Assembly: GCA_044892505.1 (NCBI GenBank)
Contig: CM097883.1
Location: 264,430,001-264,494,000 of the forward strand
Length of the DNA stretch: 64,000 nt
Reading direction: 5' to 3'
DNA from: Schmidtea nova
Lineage: Eukaryota
In this document: positions 34,101 through 47,489 of the stretch, one piece after another
Position numbering within the stretch: the first letter of the stretch is position 1
Layout of the letters: each line of letters starts with the position of its first letter
The notes under the pieces: generated by a model
What the model saw: only the letters and a program-made list of their open reading frames with translations
Told to the model about the DNA's origin: nothing
Database searches by the model: none
Made by a program: the position numbers and the translations under genes

Positions 34101-34698
34101 AGATGAAAAGAGACAAGATCAATGGGAATTATGCTTAAGGAAACTAAATAAAATTGCGGAGATAAAAGAAAAAGAGACAACACCAATATGTCAAGGGGAG
34201 GAATGGATATCGAAAACAATACTGGAAATATTGGCAATAATTGATCCGGAATTGAGAAAATACTGGCGGATAACTGAGATAAGCGAAAAGGCGAAGTCAC
34301 TACACAGCGCAATCGCACCCATCTTACCGGAATTCATAAAAGAAAAGACGAAATCAAATCATTTAGACTGGCAAGGAACCACTACGTTAATAAAGAAACT
34401 GACAGAAGGAGCGGAAACAGATAACAAATACGTAATAGCCATTGCATATACGATCTACAATCTGTTGACACTAAGTAGAGGTCGACCAAAACCCACTGCA
34501 TTAGAGAGACATATAAAAAATACCGCAAAGATTATAGCTAGAGAAATAGAACCTTACGTCATTAACAAAGGAGGATGGGAAACATTTATAAAAACTAACC
34601 AGAAGAAAACGCAAGCGAAGAATATGAAAAAGAAATTCGAAAAAATATTGGAAGAGTTAGAAAAAGAACAAGCAGGAACAGGAAACGCGAAGTCATCA
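31145..34698 (+). pseudogene. Gag-Env intervening polyprotein segment: several Ubl-like domains, helical domain, Bcl-2-like domain
   Basis: In frame with gag across TAA 31118; frameshift near 31970; segment 33110-33560 is homologous to family A ORF1; YVINKGGWETF motif. Confidence 0.6.
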
Positions 34699-36720
34699 AT
34701 GAATTTGAGTTCTATAATAATGATGATGTTGATATGGATGATTAGCACCGATAGCGCAACAGCATTCGAAGTGTTTGATTGCGACCAAATGAAGTTAGGA
34801 GAAAAGTATTCATTGAGAGGTACGGAGCAATGCAAAGATGCAACTCCAGTAGAGTTGCAAAAGATTAAAAAGGAACAATGGTACCACGTGTATCAAGAAG
34901 CAGAACTCATAAAGACAATGGTGAATGAATGTAAGGTGAAGAAGACGAGATTCGCATTCTACTGCGGGAGAGGACATTATTCAGCATTTGTCATGCCAGG
35001 AACGGAAAGAGAACCAATCGTGTTACAAGGAGAAGACTGCGAAGCATTGTTTAAACATGGAGAAGTAACAACAAGAGACAAAATCAAGATAAAAGGAAAG
35101 CCAGGAATGATGCTGCAACAGACCTACTATGTAGCAGGACGGATTACGGGAGGAGAAGGATATTGTCAAGGAGAAACCTACCCGATATTCGGAGTACTTG
35201 CAACCAACTTAGTGGTGATGGATACGTATATAGTCGAACTAAAAAGCTACGAGGTATTCTTCGAACCAACAACGGGAGAAATGAAAACGTTATCCATGTG
35301 TAAAATCGACAGGAGCATGTGTCAAACGGGAATGTCAACATTAGTATACAAACCAAAGGTGAACGAATGTCAATTACAACTGCTACAAGGAGCAAAGTTA
35401 GACGAAATTCAAGGAAAAACGTTCCAGGAAGAAGACGATGACGACAAAGCTAGAGCAAAGCATCTCAAGGAAGCTTTGGAGAATAAAAGACAATTGAAAC
35501 CAGATCATAGAGAAAAACGGATAGAGATGAGAGCCACACCAACAGTGTTGATAACCACAAATCAGGATGTGGGAATGAGATTCATAAAAGGGAAAGCAAC
35601 CCTTTAGTGTAGTACAACGGTATACGAAACGAATTATCCAGGAATATATGTGTCAAAACAAGAAGTGCCGAATGCGAAACCCAAAATCGACACAATGGAT
35701 ATCAAACTACACTTGTATGTGAATAATAAAATGGATTTCCTATTCCATAGAGGACAAGCCTCATTACAAAAAGTGTACTACGATCTGATAAACAATGATT
35801 GTATACTGAATCGAGAAATATTAAAGACAAAGTTGGCCGTAGCGAATACGAATCCAGATAGCGCGATGCCATTATTACCACTGAAAGAAGGACATTTCGG
35901 AAGAGTGGTTGGAGAAGCAATGTATGTATACATTTGTGAAAAGACACACGCGTCGCTAGCAGCAACAACGCAGTTGAAACCTGGAACCTGTACAAATGAG
36001 TTAGAAATCGATTACAAAGGAAAAGTACGATACGTTCAACCGGTGACGAGAATCATCAATCCACCAGGGTTTGAACCAAATCCATTCAACTGTAGTAATG
36101 CGTACGGACCGCTTTATCAGAAACCAGATGGTAAATGGGTTATGTTCCCAGGAAGAGCCGAAGTGATAGCACCAAGAGAATTCGAGCTAATGCAGTTGTC
36201 AAAAGATAGGCAATTCAGCGACGTAGATGTCTCAAACAACGGAATATATAGTCCAAAGGATTTAGAAGCAGCAAGGCAGAATATATTATTCCCGGCGAGA
36301 AGAGAAGCATTACTGTCAAATATCGTAACGATAACGGGAGGAACGGATTATCGAGAAGGACCGAATTATGAACTGTTGTTGTCACCAGCACATTTCAAGA
36401 AAGCCACAGAAAATATGATGAAAGCAATGTGGGGAAGATTCCTGATATTTGGACAAATGATGGCTGGAATACTGGGGGTTATATTAATAATACAAATCGT
36501 CAGAGTGATAATAACGCAAATGTTAGCGTGTTTCGATATCTACAAGAGAGAAAAGAAAGTGAATTGGAAAATGGTAGTAGGGTTTTTACCATTCCTTGCG
36601 AAAACGATGGTGTTGCACGGACACTCAAAGGACATACATCGAATAAAGAGATTGTTGAAGATACTCGCAAAAATGAAGGGAACAGATGAAGAAGTAGGAC
36701 GAAAATTTAAAAAGATAATG
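34699..36720 (+). pseudogene. env: Envelope glycoprotein, chuvirus/gB-like class III fusion type, one premature TAG at 35605
   Basis: Signal peptide then VFDC..YSL..C..C..FYCGRGHYS; later C..L..NP..G....GEAMYVYIC, CTNELEI..PVTRII, GIYSPKDL..ILFP; TM at about 36440-36515. Confidence 0.75.
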
Positions 36721-37059
36721 AATGACGAACAAGCAAGACAACAGCTCAAGAGAGAAAGAAAAGGTTTATGGGAGAGGATGAAAGGATATAAAACCCAAAA
36801 TGATTCGAGTGACGACGACGATGACGATGACGACAATAAGGGAGGACAAGTGTATAAGAACCAAGCACCCCAATACATTGAAAAGAATCCAGTCGACGCA
36901 TGGAAATGTTACGCACCTCCACCAACCATGTATCAAGAACCACTACAAGGAGGAAGAACGACCACGATGCAAATGATGCCAATGACAAATGTATACCCCA
37001 TGATACCGGAAGATTATAAAATGAGAAGATGTAGAAGTGTAGATCCACAAGGAGACACA

Positions 37060-40000
37060 CATACAATCGCCGTAATGTCATCAAATACAGGTCCAGTACT
37101 AACCACGACAATAGAAATTAACGGAAGAGAAATCGAAGCAATGATCGACACTGGAGCAAATATTTCCGCCATCGACATCAAATGGATACCACAAGAACAA
37201 AGACTGGAAATAGAAAGGACAAACGTCCATGTAATTGCATGTAGCAAAGAAATCGTAGAAGTAGCAGGGAGATGGTGGGTAAAAATACGCCACTTAAATA
37301 CAGAAATCGATACGTACGTAGCAGTCATACCAGCATTAAGCGTACCTTGCATTATTGGAACGGATTTGATGCCAGCTTTATTTAAAGAAATTGTAATCGA
37401 TCTCGGAACAATGAGACTAAAAGATCGTACCGGACAAATATGCGCAATAGAAGCCAAAGTGACAAGTTCAAAGCAAATGATAATACCCGCAAGAAAGGAA
37501 AAAATATGTTATGTAAAAATAGATCCGACAATCCAAGGGGATATGATTTTCGAACCAAGTAAAAGATTCGAGAAAAGAAAAGCGTTGCCAATGGCAAAAG
37601 GATTAGTCAACATAAATGATAATGGAGAAATTCCAATAAAAGTAGTAAATTTCGACGAAGAAGATAAGATAATCTACGAAAACGAAAGATTAGGTAAATT
37701 AACCCCAATGATGGATATCGAACTACCAATAGAAGGAGCAGAGAAAGATAAAGAACCAACCTGGAATATTGATAGTGAATTATTAAATGAGGACCAAAAG
37801 AAACAGTTAGAAAAACTGCTGATGGAGTATAAGGATATATTTGCAGCATCCGATTTAGATCTAGGAACCTGTGATGTCACGTTACATACGATACCATTAA
37901 CAGACGAAACACCAATTGCATTAAGGCCGTACAAACTAGCGGAAGCACAGAAAGCAGTAGCTGAAGCAGAAGTGAAGAAAATGTTGGATGCAGAAGTAAT
38001 CGAACCAAGTTGTTCACCCTGGCAATTTCCAGTGGTAATGGTAAAGAAGAAAGACGGAACACAGAGATTTTGCATCGACTATCGAAGATTGAATACGGTA
38101 ACAAAACGAAACACTTACCCATTACCGGACATCAACGAAATGCTATTAACATTACAAGAGGCAGCATATTTTACATCGCTAGATCTGAAAAGCGGATATT
38201 GGCAAATAAAAATGAAGGAAGAAGACAAAGAGAAAACTGCCTTTACCATCGGTAGAGACCTATATCAATTTAGAAAGATGCCATTTGGACTAACAAACGC
38301 ACCAGCATCATTTCAGAGATGCATGAATTTCGTCACCCATGGAATAAAGCAGTGTATGGTCTACATAGACGATTTATTAATTTATTCTAGCACGTTTGAA
38401 CAACACATACAGGATATTCGAGATGTATTCGTTAGACTGAGACAATGGAAGTTAAAACTCAAGCCATCCAAATGTGATTGGGCTAAAGAGAAAGTAACAT
38501 TTTTAGGACATATAGTGTCAGCAAAAGGAAAAGAACCGGATCCTAGAAATATCGACAAAGTAAAAGAATGCCCAGTACCAAAAACAATAACCCAAATACA
38601 AGAATTTCTCGGACTATGTGGATACTATAGAAAGTTTATAAAAGATTACGCCGGAATCGCTAAGCCTATACAGGAGCTGGTAAAGAAAGATGTATCATTT
38701 ATATGGGGAGACGAACAGCAGACAGCTTTCGAGACATTAAGAGATAAACTGATAACCGCACCCATATTGGTACACCCAGACTCCAAGAAGCCATTCCTAC
38801 TTGCAACAGACGCAAGCGGATATGCAGCAGGAGCAGTATTAGGACAATACGATGATGAAGGAAAGGAACGGGTAATCGGATATTATAGCCGGACGTTCAA
38901 AAAGCATGAGAAAAATTACTCAGTAACGGAACGAGAAGCATTAGCAATTATATTAGCGATTAAACATTTTAAATACCTATTATGGGGACACATCATCTGC
39001 ATAACAACAGATCACCAACCGCTTGTATGGCTAGGACAGCACAAAGAAACATCCAGTAGATTAATGTGATGGGCAATGCAGTTACAGGAGTACTCACCGG
39101 ACATAAAATTTAAATCAGGACGAGCGAATGCGAATGCAGACTGTATGTCAAGACTGACATTTCCGGAATTAACCGATCCTGATGTACAACGAATCTGTGT
39201 ATTAATAGCAGAAGATTTAGATTTTAGTGAGTTAAAGAAAGATCAACAGGAAGACAAAGAATTAGGACAGATCATAGAGTTCCTAACATCTCGAAACATG
39301 GAGGTATTCAAGGATAATAAGGAACTAAAGGAACATATAGGAAAATATCAACATCGCTATATATTAAACAAAGGATGGTTGTTGATACAAGACGGTGAAA
39401 AGAGATTGATGTGTTTACCGGAAAACAGAAGGAAAGAGATAATGATCCAGTACCATGATGGGAAATTAGGAGGTCATATGTCCGAGAAAAAGACAAAAAA
39501 TCGTATGAGACAAAAATATTATTGGCGAACAATGGAAGAAGATATTAAAGAATGGATTAAAAATTGTCTAACTTGCGCAACCAGAAAGGATAGTGGGAAG
39601 AAATGGAAGAACCCGCTACAACCAATGCCGATACCAGCAGAGCCAATGACAACTATAGCAATGGACGTAATAGGACCATTACCAGAAAGTCTAAACGGAA
39701 ATATCTATATATTGGTGATAACAGATTATCTGACAAAATTCCCGGAAGCATTTGCCATGCAAGACCAAAAAGCAAAAACCGTAGCAAAAATTTTAGTGGA
39801 AGAAATATGTTGCAGATACGGAACTCCAAAACAAATACTCACAGACCAAGGAACTAACTTTATGAGTGAGTTATTAGACGAGGTGACAAACTATTTTAGA
39901 ATAGCAAAATTGAGAACTTCACCATATCACCCGCAAACGAATGGACAAACGGAGCGATTCAATGGTACATTGATTAGAATGCTATCCAATTACGTCAGCA

Positions 40001-42720
40001 GACACCAAACTGACTGGGACGAGTACATAAAATTATGTTTAATGGCATACCGAATGTCGATACATGCAGCAACAAAACTAAGCCTGTTTCAACTTATGTA
40101 TGGAAGAGAATGCAACATGCCCATAGATTTGGAGTATCAACCACCATTATCGCAATATATGGAAGACGACGACTACGTAACCAAATTCAAAGAAAGAATG
40201 CAGGAAATATGGAAGACGGCAGAACTCAACATTAAATTTTATCAGGAAAGTTATAAGGATTTACACGACCAAAAGAAAAATGTAAAAGCAAACGATCTAA
40301 AACCAGGAGACTGGGTGATAATAGAAACTCCCGAAATAATACCAGGAACTGTTAAGAAACTCCAAAGACCTGGAAGAGGACCTTATGAAATTATATACAA
40401 AAAAGACAATAATGTCAAAGTTAAGCTAGTAAATCGACCTTTAGTACGACCCATATATGTAAACACCTGCAGATGTAAGAAAGTACCTAAAACGATAACT
40501 ACAACACCAGAGAATCGAATAATAACCAGATCACAAACAGCCAGGATAAATATGCTCAGAGCAAACACAAGCAAAGACGACAAAGCGGAAATAAGGCAAA
40601 AGGAAATCAGAAATAAAGAAATCATATTGAAGGCGAGAGAAATAATGGGAAGATGGCATGTTAGAGACAAAGTAGGCATATCAAGGGACATTAGACATAT
40701 AATTAGCCGTTACGCACAAGGATTACTAACCGAACCAATTATTTCTGAATTATTGGGAAAAATCCCTGAAATACTCTTATTGAAAGATGTAGGAGGACAA
40801 CCAGCCTTACACAATGCGATACAGTGTAAAAACAGTGAAAGAGTAAAAGAATTCTTAAAAATCGCAAAAGAAACAAACCAAAACTTGGACGTGGGGAATC
40901 GTGAACAAGAAACTCCATTAATGACAGCCGCAATCCACCAAGCAGATAAAGAAATGGTAGATCTGTTGATAAAAGCCCGTTTCAGTTGGACAGAACGAGA
41001 TAGAGAAGACAAAACAGTGCTAAATCACGTAATATGGAGTTCTCACCAACCAATGCTGAAATACATAATAGCTAACTCCACGTGGGAAATAGACGAATTA
41101 ATAAAAGGAGACATTATCAAAGAAGCAATAAAAATTGGTAAATGCAACACGATCCGTAAGTTAATCAAATGGAAACGACCAGAAGATGATACATGGGTCT
41201 TAGACATAAACGAAGTATACAGCGAAGGACAAAACGCGCTGTTAAGATATCTTTTGAAATTTACTTGCGATCAAAAGACATTACTAACCTTATTAGACAG
41301 AGGAAACATAAACATCACAAAGAATGAAGAAGAATACAAATTCGATAAAGAGAAGGAGGCCTTATTCAACAAGATTAGGAAATGGTGTGCGAAACCACTT
41401 GATAAACTAATAACATACAAAGACATAAACAATTTTATCGAGAAATACCAGACGATAGTAAGTGAGTATGAGGAATTAGTAAAAATCTTAAACCACCCCG
41501 AAAATTGCAAACAGGTTTTGAAAAAAAAGGAAAGAGAAAGTAACAAGAAACTCACACCACTCTTCAAAGCAGAAGCATCATACCAAGCTAGACTAGATGC
41601 GATACAAGAAAAAGCAAAGGAATTGCTACCAGAATTCGAAAATTGTAAACACGCATTAGAAATATTAGGCGCAATCGTGGAAAAGGTACACGCATACGCA
41701 AAAGGAACTTACAACGGAAACGACATAGTAATAATAAAAAAGGAGATGCCAGTAGCATTCTTACTACCAAAGGACGGAATAATGCCCATACATAGAGCTT
41801 TACGAAATGGCAAAGATAGAAAAGTAATGGAAATTGCAAGAGTAATGCTAAACTGCGGAAGCAACATGAATATGATAGACGAGAAAGGAGATACACTCAT
41901 GGTATTTGCAGCAAGGGCTAAAACAAAAACAAAGGTGTTAGAAGAACTATACAAAGCAGGTGCAGGACTTACAGGAAAGACAGACAAAGACAACTCCATT
42001 TTGGATGTAGCATTATTAACACATAATTGGGAAATGGTCAATTTCATTAAAACAATTTCAAACCAGGAAGAAATAGAATACCTAGCTAAAACAGTTAAGA
42101 AACCCAGTGTACTAACAATGATGAACAACGTCGAACTTACAGAATCAATACTTACGTTGGTAAATCCGAATACAAACGAACCAGCATTCAGGATTAACGA
42201 GTTTACAGAACATAACCAAAACTGGTGTATAAGAAGTGCCCTAATAACATATAAATGGCCAGAGATATTGAAGATGTTTATGGAAAGAAAGGATCTAAGA
42301 GTCACAAACAACCCGAGAGAAGGAAAATACACAGGCAAATGGAAAGAATTAATGAGGACATACATCAACAATTGGATCAAGGCCAAAAAGGAAATCGTGG
42401 AATATAAATCCACTAACAAAGTAATACCGGAGCATGTAGAAACACAAGAATTTGAGGCAAGTAATCTAACGACATTAGCATATGCAAAATTGATAGAAGA
42501 AATCAATGTCGAGGACGACATTTTCAACGAGCCAGGAGAAGATGACAATACAGATAGTGACGACGATAACAACTCAGAAAATTCGAACGATCACGAACCA
42601 CCCGATAAAGAGGAAAACGAGAGAAAAGACAAGAAACGAGACAAGGAAGAAAAGAAAAGTGAAGACGAAAAACAAAGAAATGAAGAGAGGAGAACAAGGA
42701 AAAAACGACCAAGGAGATAA
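37060..42720 (+). pseudogene. pol: pol: protease, dUTPase-like remnant, RT, RNase H, integrase, two ankyrin-repeat blocks; premature TGA at 39067
   Basis: DTG 37147; FCIDYRRLN, YIDD 38362; LATDASG, ELEA-equivalent EREAL, TDHQPL; integrase HD..GGH..CLTC, MDVIG, TDQG, TERFN; TPLMTAA ankyrin. Confidence 0.95.
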
Positions 42721-44845
42721 AATTGACACCCAAAGAACAGGTTATAAATCAACCATAAAACCATTCTTCAAACCAGAGTTACTATTATTAACAGTGATTT
42801 TAACGTTAATTAACCCAAGTCAAGGAATGACATGTGAAGAACGGGCAATAATACAAATAAAAAACGCAAAAGGAATCGAACGAGTATGTTGGTCGAAAAA
42901 GGACAAAATCACGGAACAAAATAGTCCGATGGATTGCAGAATCTCAGAACACGAGCAAGAGATCATAGAGATCGATGACTTAGATCTAAATACCTGGTAC
43001 AGAATATGCACCGTTAGAAAACAAAAGCATCCAAGATCACACAACACAATCGCATGTGCAAACTACCAAACACCTAAAGCAACCATGACAGTACAACAGT
43101 CACCCGAAGGAGATTACATCGTCGGAAAATGTGGAAGAACAGAGACACAGGGAACCGAAAACAAAAAACCCCACGCAATAGATAAGCAAACAACACCAAC
43201 TATACGAATTACAATAGAGAGGCCCGAAGCAAGAGTTGCCACAAACGAAACCGAAAGAGTGTCTTACCAAATGGAAGTATTATGTTTAGCACTCATACTA
43301 ATAATAATAAAACGACTAGAGGAAGGGATGGAAATTGAAACTATGACAATAACGGAAGTAGAAGATACACAGAATACTAACATAAAATGTTGGGCAAGGA
43401 ATAACGAGGAAGTCGGCGTAAACGAAATAAGGAAAAGTCGAAAACCAACAACAAATAAAGTAATGAGAGTATCCGAAGTAAAAGCAGACAAGATGTACAA
43501 ACTATGCCTACTAGAAAAAGAGATAAACAAGAAAGGTACCACAAAATGTAAAACATTCCAACCTGGAGAAGTAATAAAGTTCAGAAGGAGAACGAGGAAG
43601 AGAAATAAACAAATCAAGCAGAAAGTAAACATAACATTAGAAATATAAGAGATAGAACCAAATGTGAAAGGAGTATGCTGGAGGAAGTACGAAAAAGAAA
43701 CAAATAAAAGAATGACACCACAATGTCGAACAAGCACAGGAGCAACGACGGTACAAATAAAAGGTTTAGAAAGTAAACAAACTTACGAAATATGTCTGGT
43801 AAAGAAAAGTGATCAGATAACGATAAACGATCTAGAGTGCGGGATATATACAACTTCATCCGGAACAGGAACAAAAACGCTAACACGGAAAAATAAAAGA
43901 AGACAACGAAACAGAGGAAAACCGAAGTACACCACTACCCTTAAAAACGACAAACAACCAACAAACCAAGAAGTTAAGATAAAACCCGAGAAGAAGACAT
44001 CAGCAACTCTGACATTATGGAAAATAGAGAATAAAACATTAGAAATATGTTGGATAATAGTCCAGAAACATATAAGAAGACAATCAAGAGAGTGCAGAAA
44101 AACAAATAAAGAAATCAAGATCGAAAAACTACAATTTAATAGCGAATACGAAGTATGTGCAATAGAAAAAACGGACGCACTCGGAAACCAACAAGAAAGA
44201 TGCGTAACCTACTATACACCAGCAAACGCGACATCAAAAGGAGTAGCAAGGAAACTCGAATTCAAGGAACTAAGCCAAACGAATAAACAAATGGACGCAG
44301 AAAAAATAATAACCGACCCTCAAGCAAAATGGACACCTGAAGAAGTTATCAAAGAAGTCAAAAGAAAGCAGGAGGAACGAGAACAACTAAGGAGAAAACT
44401 AAAAGGACAATATGGAATAATGTTCAACAAAAGCGAACCTATACCAACAGACGAGAATAAACAAATTAAAGAATTAATTGGCTTAGGAATATTAACAGCG
44501 ACCATACCAGTAATAATCGCATTATCAGCTATATGGATACGCAAGATAAATCCCAGAAAATCAACAACCCAATGGCTAAATATAGATAATACAAGCCATG
44601 GAGTAGAAATACTAGAAGAAAAAACACTAGAAGAACCAAATGAGAAAGAAGCAAAAAGCGGAAAACTACGAATAAACAACGAAGACAAGGAAATAAAAGA
44701 GATTAAAGGCGAAGAGAAAAAATATGAAAGTCGAACCAGAAGCCTACCGCAGAGTTCAAAATGGTTGGGTCTAACAATAATATTGAGTTGGGTAATAAAT
44801 AGATTAAACAACGAAGCGGAACCAGATTCAACGAATGAGCCATAG
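42680..44845 (+). pseudogene. Membrane protein with signal peptide, about four FN3-like repeats and TM; in-frame TAA at 43646
   Basis: LLLLTVILTLINPSQG; repeats such as DDLDLNTWYRICTV, KGLESKQTYEICLV, EKLQFNSEYEVCAI; TM LIGLGILTATIPVIIALSAIWI. Confidence 0.6.
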
Positions 44846-44937
44846 ATAAATAAAGCGAAAAACTGTAAATATGTAAAAATAAAAACAAAAAAAATCAAAA
44901 ATAAATGACAGGTCAAATGTATATATTATTGTAGGAA

Positions 44938-46314
44938 ATGGACAGAGAAGAACGAATAATCGAAATTTTGAGACTAGAAAACAGAAAATGGAGCAAAAGA
45001 CTCACATGCGGAAAATGTAACAATTTACTACGAGAACCCAGACAAACGATATGTGGATGTAGAATATGTACAAAATGTATACAAGAATTAGATGCAACAG
45101 GAATAACAACATGCCCAGAATGTAAAGAAGGAAGAATAGTGTTGGACGAAACCAGAACGGACAAAGCAACCCAAAGAGAAATTATGAGCACCACAACGGA
45201 GTGCGTAAATACACCTTGTACATGGCAAGGACAAATAAGTAATCTAGAAAACCATATGGAAAAGTGCGAGGAGAAAAGAACCGAATGCGAGAAGTGCCAA
45301 CAGACAATAATTCTAAAGAAGAGAGAACAACACAAGGACGAATGTAAAGAAGAAGAAATCGCATGCGAGTATTGTGAAACTCGAGAAACAAGGAGAAAAA
45401 TCGAAGACGAACACTTGAATATAACAGAGGAGAAAGTATGCGGACAATATGTAAGCAAATGTCCAAACAAGTGTGAAATAACAGAAGAAATAAAGTTACA
45501 TGAACATTGGAAAGTGTGTACCGAAAGACCAAGAGAATGTCCATATAACAAACAGGGATGCAAGGAGAAGCGGACGCGGCAAACAATGAAACAGCATCTG
45601 GAAGAAGCAGCACTAATGCACGTGGAAATGACAAACGAAACGACAAAAGAAACGGAACAGACAATTCGGAAATTAGAACAAGAAGTAGAATCACATAAAA
45701 TAATGATGAGTTTACTACTGGAAACGAGAGAGCAGTTCGAACTAACCCGCGAAAGAATGGAAGAAAAAATAATAGCCATAGAAGAGTTAGGAAAAGGAAT
45801 GAAAATACAATATAATCAATTAATACGAGAAATTGACGAAAGAAGGGACTTACCAATCGCACCTTACCTATGGAAAATAACAGAATTTAGAGACAAACTA
45901 GCAGAAGCCAGAAATATGACGAAAACAGCAGTAATAAGCCCACCATTTTATTTATGGAAAAATGGGGTTAAAATAAGATTGAAGGTATACCCAAATGGAG
46001 ACGGAAGAGGACAAGGAACACACGTGTCAATATTTTTCTCGTTATGTAAAGGAGAATACGATGACCTAATAGAATGGCCCATGAAAGTAGGGGTCATTAT
46101 AAGAATCAAAAGTATAGGAAAATCGGTGGAAAAATTCTTTGAGACAGACAAACATACGAGTACGAGTGAAAAACCGACAACAGAATGCGGACTAGCAGCA
46201 GGAGAACCAATGTTTATAAGGAAAGAAAACCTATGGGAACGACTATACGAGGACACTTTATACATAGAGATGGAGAAACATGAGAAAACGGATAGAAAAG
46301 GATGGTTGGCGTAA
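44938..46314 (+). CDS. TRAF-family protein (RING, zinc fingers, coiled coil, MATH), intronless
   Basis: RING CGKC..EPRQTICGCRICTKC..CPEC; MATH VYPNGDGRGQGTHVSIFF..KGEYDDLIEWP. Confidence 0.92.
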   Translation: MDREERIIEILRLENRKWSKRLTCGKCNNLLREPRQTICGCRICTKCIQELDATGITTCPECKEGRIVLDETRTDKATQREIMSTTTECVNTPCTWQGQISNLENHMEKCEEKRTECEKCQQTIILKKREQHKDECKEEEIACEYCETRETRRKIEDEHLNITEEKVCGQYVSKCPNKCEITEEIKLHEHWKVCTERPRECPYNKQGCKEKRTRQTMKQHLEEAALMHVEMTNETTKETEQTIRKLEQEVESHKIMMSLLLETREQFELTRERMEEKIIAIEELGKGMKIQYNQLIREIDERRDLPIAPYLWKITEFRDKLAEARNMTKTAVISPPFYLWKNGVKIRLKVYPNGDGRGQGTHVSIFFSLCKGEYDDLIEWPMKVGVIIRIKSIGKSVEKFFETDKHTSTSEKPTTECGLAAGEPMFIRKENLWERLYEDTLYIEMEKHEKTDRKGWLA

Positions 46315-46427
46315 TGAAGGAAGTAACCATGTAAATAAAATGTATAGAAACAATATGAAATAACAAATAATCAAAAACAATAAAAATAAAAACTGATTAA
46401 ATATTCTTTTTATCTGTAATTATAGAA

Positions 46428-47489
46428 ATGGGAAATATAGAGGTAACCTTACAAGAAGTAACCGTACATCAAGACGAAGTTATCAGCAATCATATGGAAC
46501 GGATTGGATTATGGATCCATGCCTATTATCGAAAACAGGAGGAATTGGAAAGACAAACCGAAGTATTAAGAGAAGCCGAGAAAACGAATCAAAGAAGTCG
46601 AGAGAAAATAGAAGAAGTCTACAAATTGCTGAGGCAACAAAATGAATACTACAAAGAAATGATGAAAGAGCGACGAGAGGATAGGGATAGACAACAGATA
46701 AAAACAGACCATAAGATTCAGTCAATCACAGAACAAGCAAGATATTGGAAAAAAAAGGCAAAAGATTCGTACAAGGAAGCAAGGGAGATAATAGAACGAA
46801 CAGCGTACAGCGATGATTGGAAACTGTTTATAGAGATCGATGAATTAAAAGAGGAATTAGGGCAAAAGATCAGTCAAGAAGCGTCAAATAAAGTATGGAG
46901 TAAGAAAAGACAACAATTCATCAGGGAACAAGCCAAGAAAATTAAAGAATTAACTTATCAAGTACAAAGAATGGGAGAAGATTTAGCAAATCAAGAACAA
47001 TTAAAAGGTATGCTGACCGGAATGGGGAATCACAAGGAAGAAAACATGAAAAGAGACATAAATGGATATCAAGGAGTGATTACCCAGAAGAAAATAGAAT
47101 TAAAAAGAACTAAAGAAAGACTGGAAGAAACGAGGCAGAGTTATGAAGAGAACATAACCAATTTGACAAAAGAAAACGAAGAACTGAGGAAAAGGCTGAC
47201 AGAAAAACCAATACCAGCAAAGGAAACAAGTATTACAGCAGCAGTAACGGAAATGATGGAGAAAGAAGAGAAAGAGAAAAGATTAATGGAATTAGAAAGA
47301 CAAATTGAAACCCTAACGGAGCAGGCAAACTATCTGGAATACTTGTTAGACGAAGAGATCCAAATATCCCACACATACCGAGAAGAAGTCGAAATGTGGA
47401 GGAGCACGGTAATATGGATGCCACTCCCCATAAATCAGGTGGAACCTCAAGACGAAGGTTTTCACGAACCCAACGAAACCCTTGTATAA
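46428..47489 (+). CDS. 353-aa coiled-coil protein ending DEGFHE..ETLV
   Basis: Intact; shares QARYWKK / YLLDEEI.IS / DEGF.E..ET.V with 16957-18504. Confidence 0.85.
   Translation: MGNIEVTLQEVTVHQDEVISNHMERIGLWIHAYYRKQEELERQTEVLREAEKTNQRSREKIEEVYKLLRQQNEYYKEMMKERREDRDRQQIKTDHKIQSITEQARYWKKKAKDSYKEAREIIERTAYSDDWKLFIEIDELKEELGQKISQEASNKVWSKKRQQFIREQAKKIKELTYQVQRMGEDLANQEQLKGMLTGMGNHKEENMKRDINGYQGVITQKKIELKRTKERLEETRQSYEENITNLTKENEELRKRLTEKPIPAKETSITAAVTEMMEKEEKEKRLMELERQIETLTEQANYLEYLLDEEIQISHTYREEVEMWRSTVIWMPLPINQVEPQDEGFHEPNETLV

Noticed and set aside
37450-37710. dUTPase-like segment between protease and RT as a novelty
   Set aside because: Catalytic motifs are not visible and such remnants are common in Gypsy pol.
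39067-39069. Programmed read-through TGA between RNase H and integrase
   Set aside because: Falls in the conserved RLxRWAxxLQEY motif; CGA>TGA mutation explains it.
41709-45862. Long antisense ORFs (41709-42572, 44320-44916, 44913-45779, 45182-45862 and many shorter ones)
   Set aside because: F/L/S/I-rich shadows of A-rich plus-strand coding sequence; no motifs.
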